Positions 57,170-64,000 of a DNA stretch of 64,000 nucleotides are shown here, piece after piece. This DNA is from Marsupella aquatica (lineage: Eukaryota; Plantae; Marchantiophyta). The notes under the pieces are model-generated. The model saw nothing but the letters and a program-made list of their open reading frames with translations. It made no database searches and was not told the origin of the DNA. The stretch is taken from NCBI GenBank assembly GCA_973895155.1, contig CCZZQB010000054.1, positions 6,182 to 70,181 on the forward strand. Reading direction: 5' to 3'. The translations under genes and the position numbers were made by a program. Position 1 is the stretch's first letter; each line of letters starts with the position of its first letter.

Positions 57170-60100
57170 CCCCTCCGTGTAGTACTTCTTTAGGCGCTCT
57201 TGATTGATCCGTGTGTTGAGTAGTTGCCCCTCCAATGTCTTGAGTTGAACCGAGCCGTTGGAGTAGACGGCATCCACTACGTAGGGTCCCATCCACCGTG
57301 TATGCAACTTCCCGGGGAAATGCATGAAGCGGCTATCGTAGAGGAGCACCAAATCTCCCTCCTCAATGGACACACGACGGAGACGGGAATCGTAATGTGA
57401 CTTGCGTTTGCCTTGCTCCTGCTCCGTATGTGTCAAAGCCTCTTCTCGTGTCTCCGTGAGTTGCTCCAACTGTTGGATCCGTGAAGCGACACTTTCTTCT
57501 GCCCCTTCCCTTTCCCGTGTTAGGATTCGAATGGTTGGAACCTCAAATTCCACCGGCACAAGAGAGTGTTGTCCAAACACAAGGAAATAGGGGCTGTGGC
57601 CCGTGGTAGTCTTGTGAGCCAGGTTGTAAGCGTAAGTGGCAGCCAACAACTTCAAATCCCAATCGGTCTTGTGAGCGGATACCGTTTTGTTGAGGATCTT
57701 GCCCATGATCCCGTTGGCTCTCTCAGTGAGCCCGTTGGCTCGAGGGTGGTACGGAGTGGTCTTCCTATGTGAGATCAAGTAGTTCTCCGTCAAACGTTCA
57801 ATCGTATGATTGAGGAAGTGAGTACCCCTGTCACTTACCAACTCCAATGGTGGACCAAATCGTGTAAAAATCTGCTCATACAAAAAACGTGCCGTGGTGT
57901 TGGCATCATCCTTGGCAGTAGCTCGGGCCTCCACCCACTTGGTGGCATAGTCCGTTGCAAGAATGATGTAGCGCTTCCTCCCTCTTCGTGTGATGGGAGT
58001 GAAAGGGCCAATGAAGTCCACCCCCCACTTCTCAAAGGGTGCAAGAGGAAGTATGGGCACCAATGGGTGTCGTGAGGAGGGCCCTGGTTTGCCTTGACGC
58101 TGGCACGGATCACATCGCTGGATGTACCGGTGTACATCCCGAAAGAGAGTTGGCCACCAATATCCAGCATCTAGTATTTTCCTTGCAGTGGTCTCCCGTG
58201 CAAAGTGGCCACCAGCTTCCTCCTCATGTAATGCTGCCATGACTGTACGTATCTCCGCTTCCTCCAAACAACGACGAAGTCGGCCATCCATGCCGTACTT
58301 GTGAAGTACTCCCTTCACAAGCAAGTAGGGACCTGTCTTACGCAAAAACACTGCTGCTCTCTCCGGGCCCAAACGTGAGGGAACTCTAGCCGTGCGGAGA
58401 AATTCCAAAATTTCTCCATACCAAGTAGTGGCCTCTGTATTCACGCTGAACACTTCCTCATCCGGGAACCGATCATCAATCTCCTGGGAGTCAGATGCTC
58501 CCTCAATACGGGAGAAGAAGTCTGCATTGCTATGACTCTTCCCCGATCTTACTCTCACCTCATAGTTGAACTCTTGTAGCAACAAAACCCAACGTGCAAT
58601 TCTCCCGGACAGATCTGGCTTGTTGACCATGTATTTCAAGCTGTTGTGATCCGTGTGGAACACAACCTTGTACCCCAACAAATAATGACGATACTTCTTA
58701 CAAGCGTAGATGATACCAAGTGCCTCCCTATTGGTGGGTGAGTAGTTTTTCTCTGCCGGGGCCAACTGCCTACTGGCAAAGTAGATGGGATGGTCTCTTC
58801 CATCATCATCTAACTGACTCAAAACGGCACCGATGCAAAATCCTGATACGTCTACGTAAACATGGAATTCCTTATTCCAATTGGGCGTAATGAGCACGGG
58901 GGCCTCTAGCAATCGTTTCTTCAATTCATCAAAAGCAGCCTGACGGGAAGGAGTAGGTTCAAACTCACTTCCTTTTTTGAACATGGAAGTGAGTGGCATG
59001 GCTACCTTGGCAAAGTCTTTGATGAAGCGTCGGTAGTAGCCAACACACCCCAAGAACCCTCTCACTTCCTTCACATTCTTGGGAAATGAGACTGCTACCC
59101 ACACGGCGACCTTCTCACGATCAACTTCAATCCCTCGTGCAGACACTTTGTGGCCCAATAGGATTCCCTCCTCAATTCCAAAGAAACATTTCTCCGGATG
59201 CAGCTTCAGGCAAGTCTCCCGGCACCGCTGAAAAGTCAACCGTAAGTGTTCCGGATGCTTGACTCGTTTGCCGTAGACAGCAAAGTCATCAATAAAGATC
59301 TCCAAGAACCTGCGTAAAAAGTCATGAAATATATTCATCATGAGCCGTTGGAACATGCCAGGGGCATTGCACAACCCAAAAGGCATTCTCCGGAATGCAA
59401 AAATCCCCCACTCTGTTGTGAAAGCCGTCTTGAGTTGGTCCTCCTCCCGTATCCAGATTTGGTTGTACCCAGAGTAGCCATCCAAGAAGCTGTATATCTC
59501 CCAACCTGCTACCATGTCCAACACGATATCCGTGAACGGTAGCGGGTAGTGATCCTTCTTGGTCGCATCATTCAACTTTCGAAAATCTTGGCACACCCGT
59601 ATTTTCACCTTCCCGTCTGGCCCCTTTTTCTTGGGCACGATTACGATGGGTGACACCCACTCACTATGCATGACCAGATAAATGAATCCTGCATCCAACA
59701 AACGGTCAATCTCCTCCTTCACCATGAGTGAGTATTTGGGGTTGAGGCGGTATTGGCGTTGCCTCACAGGTCGTGCTCCTGACATCAGGTCAATGCTGTG
59801 CTCACCAAACTCAGGTGGCACTCCTTTCAAATCTTGGTGGCTCCACGCAAATACGTCTTGGTACTCTTTCAACAATTCCTGAATCGTGCGTTGCTCCGTA
59901 GCATCCAACTTACTACCAATGTTGAGTGTCTTGCCCTCACCCACTTCCACCTTTGTGTACTGCTCCGGCCTGATCACGTCCAACTTGTTGCGTGTCTCCT
60001 CATCAAAGGTTTCTTCCAACCGTGCGAGCCTCATCCCTCCATACACCGGTGCATCACTCTCCTCCTGGTCTGGTCGGGATGGAGGTGGATCCTTTGTCAC

Positions 60101-63100
60101 ATGGGCCATTATTTCTTCAACGTCAGATTCTTTGTAATGTGACAATAGCTCCTCTCTAAAGTCATCATCCAGGATGTCATTCAAAAACTGCTCTCTTTGC
60201 TCATCATCAAACATGATCGTGTGGGCTTGCATTTCCACCTCCTCGGGGTGATCCTCTGCCTCCCTATCATGAATCTCTAGAGGTTCAGCCTCCACAATTT
60301 TGCTTCGCTCGTCTTCCATCTCTTCTAGAACAGCGTGCACTTGGCTAACTGATTCCTCTACTGCATGCTCTTGAGTAGCAACTCCGGGGCCAAAAACATC
60401 TTCCTCCGTGAGGTGAGAAATCAGTTTCACCATGTATACTTCATCCTCGTCTTCATCTGAGGTGACCTCTGAATCATATTCCTCCTCCATAGTCGTAGTC
60501 TCCCCGTGAGGTGACTCCGCTGACCATGGAATAGTGATAGTGGGGATACCAAACCGAAACTGCCGTTTGCCCCAATCACTTGTGACCTTGGCCACATACA
60601 ACCATGGCCTGCCAATTAAAATGGGAAAACCGTACGGCCGAACGGGTCGCATCACCAAATAGTTGAGGGGGAAAGATTTTCCCCCAATCATTGTTGGAAT
60701 CTTGGTGAGACACCCCAACGGCACCACCCGTGCACCATCAGCCAACCTCATGGCACGTGCCGGTGGTTCTAACTCTGTATACCCCAACCGGTTTGCCGTC
60801 TCCTCAGTCATGATGTTGACTCCCGAGCCCCCGTCCACCGGTACAAACCGTATTGCACATCCATTGATGTCCACCGTGAGTTCTGGGGCACCCAAATCCT
60901 CCGTGACCCAGTTGACTTGTATGGGGTCAGCCCCAACTTTGGGTAACCTTCTTCTACGTCTCCTCCTCATGAGAATCTCCTTGACTTGGCGACGGTATAG
61001 GGAGCTATCCCGTAATAGTTGACCAATTGTGGCACTGACTGGGCAATCCAGAATGTCTTGAGCAATGTTGTACGCGGTTGCAGGAGGTATGGGTGGGATG
61101 ACCTCTTCTCCCGGTTTCCAACGAACAACCCTCTCCTCCGCTTTCTTTCTGGCCTTTGCCTCCTCCATGTCTTTGTCAATGGCCGCTTGCATGGCTTGTG
61201 CTTCTAGCTCCTCCAACTGCTTACGTACCTCTTCTCCCACCTTCGGATAGAACAACTTGGGGTTGTCCCGATCAAAGTCACTATCCTCCATGGGTGGCAC
61301 CTCCGGTTCGTGTGAGGTACCCGATGTGGAAGCTTGATGCACCTCCTTGTACTTCTGCTTGAGCTCGGACTTGCCCTTCTTTTTGCCGGATCGAGTGGAG
61401 ACTCGGTAACAAGAGTAATGCCTTCTCTCCTCGTCGCTGTCTTCCTCCGGTAGATTCTCAGCATGAGTCCACTCATGACTTGGGGGTGAGGGGTTAGCAA
61501 CTTCAACTTCCGTAGATGTTGCAACAACAACCACCGGTATCTCAACAACTGGAGATACTACAACGACTAGCGGTACCACCTCCTCCGTTATGGTGGTCAT
61601 CCTTTGCTTGGGAATGTTCACTACGGTTTCTTCTCTTCTAGTGATTAGAGGGGTGTCGACTGCTTCCGTGGTGAGAAAGTTGACGCTAGCTTCTTTCAGA
61701 GGAGGTGGCGGCCCCTTCTTCTCTTGTGCCCCAATCGGTTGAGCCTTGAACGCCTCCAAGGTTGGGCAGTGTGGTGCAAGATGACCCTCCCCCTTGCATA
61801 GTTGACACAGCCGGGCAAAATCTCCATTGCCTTGACGGGTGGGCTCTGGGCACACATTAGCGTAGTGGCCCGCCACTCTACAATTGTAACAAATAGGGAT
61901 CTTCCTCACTCCAGGGTACGGTGGTCGATTCCCTGGGTTAGCGTTGGGATAGTTGGAGTATGCGGGTGCTCCGGCGTTTGTTGAAACTCCATGAATGCTC
62001 CGTGGTCCCGGGTTGAGAGGTTGTACACTATACACGTTGGCCTCTGGTGGCTCCTCCATGAAGTACTCTATTGGCCCTTCCGCTGCATATGAAGGATTTG
62101 AGTAGCTTGCCCCCTCAACATCCTCCTCCCGTACTTGGAAAACCTTGGCTGGTTCTCCCGCTGGGCACTCCTTCGGGGCATGACCAAACTTCATGCACTT
62201 GGTGCACCACACATTGGCTCTCTCCACCGGAACTTTTCTCCTCTCAGGTTTGAGTCCGGCAAAATGTACTTTCAACGCTTTCATTTGCTCCGTCAGCTCA
62301 TCATATCTGGCCTCTTGCTCCTTCAGGCGTCTTGCCGTAGACAATGGTGTAACGGCCACCGTGGGTAGTATCACTTCACGGTGAGAGGACTTCTTGACTT
62401 TCTTTGACAACTTCTTCTTCTTCCTCCTTCGTCTTTCAGCTTCTGACTCCGTAGTGTCTGACTCTGTAGTACTCTCAGAATCCTCAGATTCATCACTACT
62501 ATCTGAATCAGATCCACTCGACTCCTCACTGGAGGAACTGTCAACCGGCTTCAGCTTCTTTCTTCGGCAACGCTTGCTTGTGGCATCAGCTGCGGTGTAT
62601 GACTCCGCTGCTGCAATAGCTTCAGCCAATGTGGTTGGCTTGGCTTGACGTACAAAGAACCCCATCTTGCTTGGTAGGGCAGCCACAAACCAGGCTTGAC
62701 GCATAGCATCATCGGTACGGGCTTGGATCCGACGTACCAGCTTTTGGAACCTTTGCAAAAACCTCCGTAATGACTCCTTCTTCTTCATCCTGAGTTGGCC
62801 CACCTTTAATAGTGAGGTGGCCTCCACTCCTATGGATCTGAACTCCTTCAAGAAGGCTTGCTTGAACAGAGCCCAATCAGCTTTCACGTTGGCCAACAAC
62901 GAAATGAACCATGGACCTGCCTCCCCTCTCATCATTCCAGGAATGATAGTGAGCTTATGTGCAGACTCCCCATTAGCTTCGGCAATCCCTTCAAACTCCT
63001 CAATCCATTCGTCTGGATCATCCTTTGGTCTCCCCTTGAAGGGTACGTACTGAACACGGGTACGTTGTGCAGCTGCCATCGGTGCAGCCGGTGCCTGTAT

Positions 63101-63487
63101 CAACACAGGTGGTAATGGCGCTTGTTGGGCCACCGGTAACAGCACCGATGATAGGTGTGAGATGATTTGTGGCAATGCAGTGAGCTCTGGGATCAGATTT
63201 TGTAACTCAGACTGCACCAACACAAAGGGCTCTCCTTCTTCTCGCTCGTGATCTATGTCTGGCTCTTCGTCTGGGCATATGGCCTCATTACGTTGAGCCT
63301 CTTCCTGTTGCACACCAACTTGTTCTTCCAGCACCAGTGGCAACCTCCTCTCTTCTGCAAGCCGTAAGCGTTCTTCGGCAGCAACTCGTCGTCTGGTCCC
63401 AATCCAAGAGGGCCCCCCTTCTAGCTCTGATCTTGGGGTACGTGTGTGTTGGGGACTTCCTCTACCTCCCCTTCTCCCTCTCGGCAT
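57170..63487 (-). CDS. G gag-pol as one ORF (Gag, three CCHC, PR, RT, RNase H, IN); the last about 70 listed codons read into the inverted LTR
   Basis: ORF 56954-63487; VPVDGGSGVNIM, FLDGYSGYNQI, FIDDF, WGVDFIG, SDRGTHF, RLKKYY. Confidence 0.95.
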
Positions 63488-63704
63488 CCCATTGAGACCT
63501 GCATTCCAAACTTACACCAATGTCTCAGAAAGCAATATTTGTAAACATCAACCGTCGCACGATGCGTTGTGGTTGACGTACAATAACAAAGTAACCAACA
63601 AACTTCTCACGTATCAACCGTCGCAAGTTGCGTTGTGGTTGATAGGTTTGAACTCCCAATAGACGTAGCTCCCCTCCTTCGTGTCGTCAAACAAGAAGAA
63701 GGAT

Positions 63705-63722
63705 TCCCCGGCAGCGGCGCCA
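63705..63722 (-). promoter_or_regulatory. PBS of G (tRNA-Asp type)
   Basis: TGGCGCCGCTGCCGGGGA. Confidence 0.85.
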
Positions 63723-63742
63723 AAAACAAAAGACCACACTTA

Positions 63743-64000
63743 TGTCACTTGCCTCTCCAACGGTTAATACGTGCAAACCGCACTTTTCTTCGCTTAAACC
63801 GTTGGTATCGTATTACGGGGTCGTGGAGGGACGCTATTTGGATTCTTTTCACACCAGGATGAGTATTTTGGTTTCCGCTCCCGGAAATGTAGGTTTTGAT
63901 CAAGTCTACCGACTACCCTCACCCCACAGCTTTTGATCAAGTCCTGCCGACTACCCCACTACACCTTCACTCGGAGTCACCCAAAGAGTGCTGTCACCAC
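63743..64000 (-). repeat. 3' end of the G 5' LTR (minus orientation, runs off the window)
   Basis: Reverse complement of 56890-57147. Confidence 0.9.

Larger units (their letters stand above)
53026..64000. mobile_element. Element G: Athila-like Ty3/gypsy with inverted LTR copies
   Basis: Plus-strand LTR at 53026-57147; minus-strand gag-pol; 56890-57169 is the reverse complement of 63721-64000. Confidence 0.85.

Noticed and set aside
532-63936. The many 60-180 aa ORFs antisense to or overlapping TE genes and LTRs
   Set aside because: These are shadow frames or translations of repeats, with no recognisable domains.
53026-64000. Element G as a DIRS-type element because of its inverted repeats
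   Set aside because: It encodes a protease and DDE integrase with a tRNA PBS, and has no tyrosine recombinase.

Overview
The window is entirely transposon-derived plant DNA, probably from a non-seed land plant (inference from the element families); I found no host gene. It is a deeply nested stack that can be resolved using LTR ends and target-site duplications (TSDs). The oldest layer is a Mutator-like (MULE) DNA transposon family present in two related copies (MULE1 at 36759-39488, MULE2 at about 39489-51549). Each copy has a transposase gene and a divergently transcribed, spliced passenger gene; in MULE2 that gene encodes a ParB-like (DGNH) domain plus a beta-class N4C/N6A DNA methyltransferase-like domain. 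About 20 copies of a 15-bp palindrome (TAGCGCCNGGCGCTA) are spread through these elements. Inserted into this layer are Athila-like Ty3/gypsy elements: C (minus strand, 1-17157), D (18269-35210, complete), LTR relics F and H of the D family, and G (53026 to beyond the window end). Two Ty1/copia elements are also present: Bianca-like A (725-11137) inside C, and Tork/Tnt1-like B (3828-8359) inside A. Two solo LTRs complete the picture (18318-19708 and 41313-43541). The most unusual observations are: (1) the MULE-borne ParB-methyltransferase gene; (2) 4.1-4.7 kb LTRs that contain long protein-coding ORFs (D/F/H and G); (3) a gag-pol flanked by inverted rather than direct LTR copies (G); (4) a well-formed -1 frameshift signal with a predicted pseudoknot between protease and RT in D; (5) an R-U5-PBS copy replacing the middle of copia B. 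All domain assignments come from motif recognition by eye; no database search was run.
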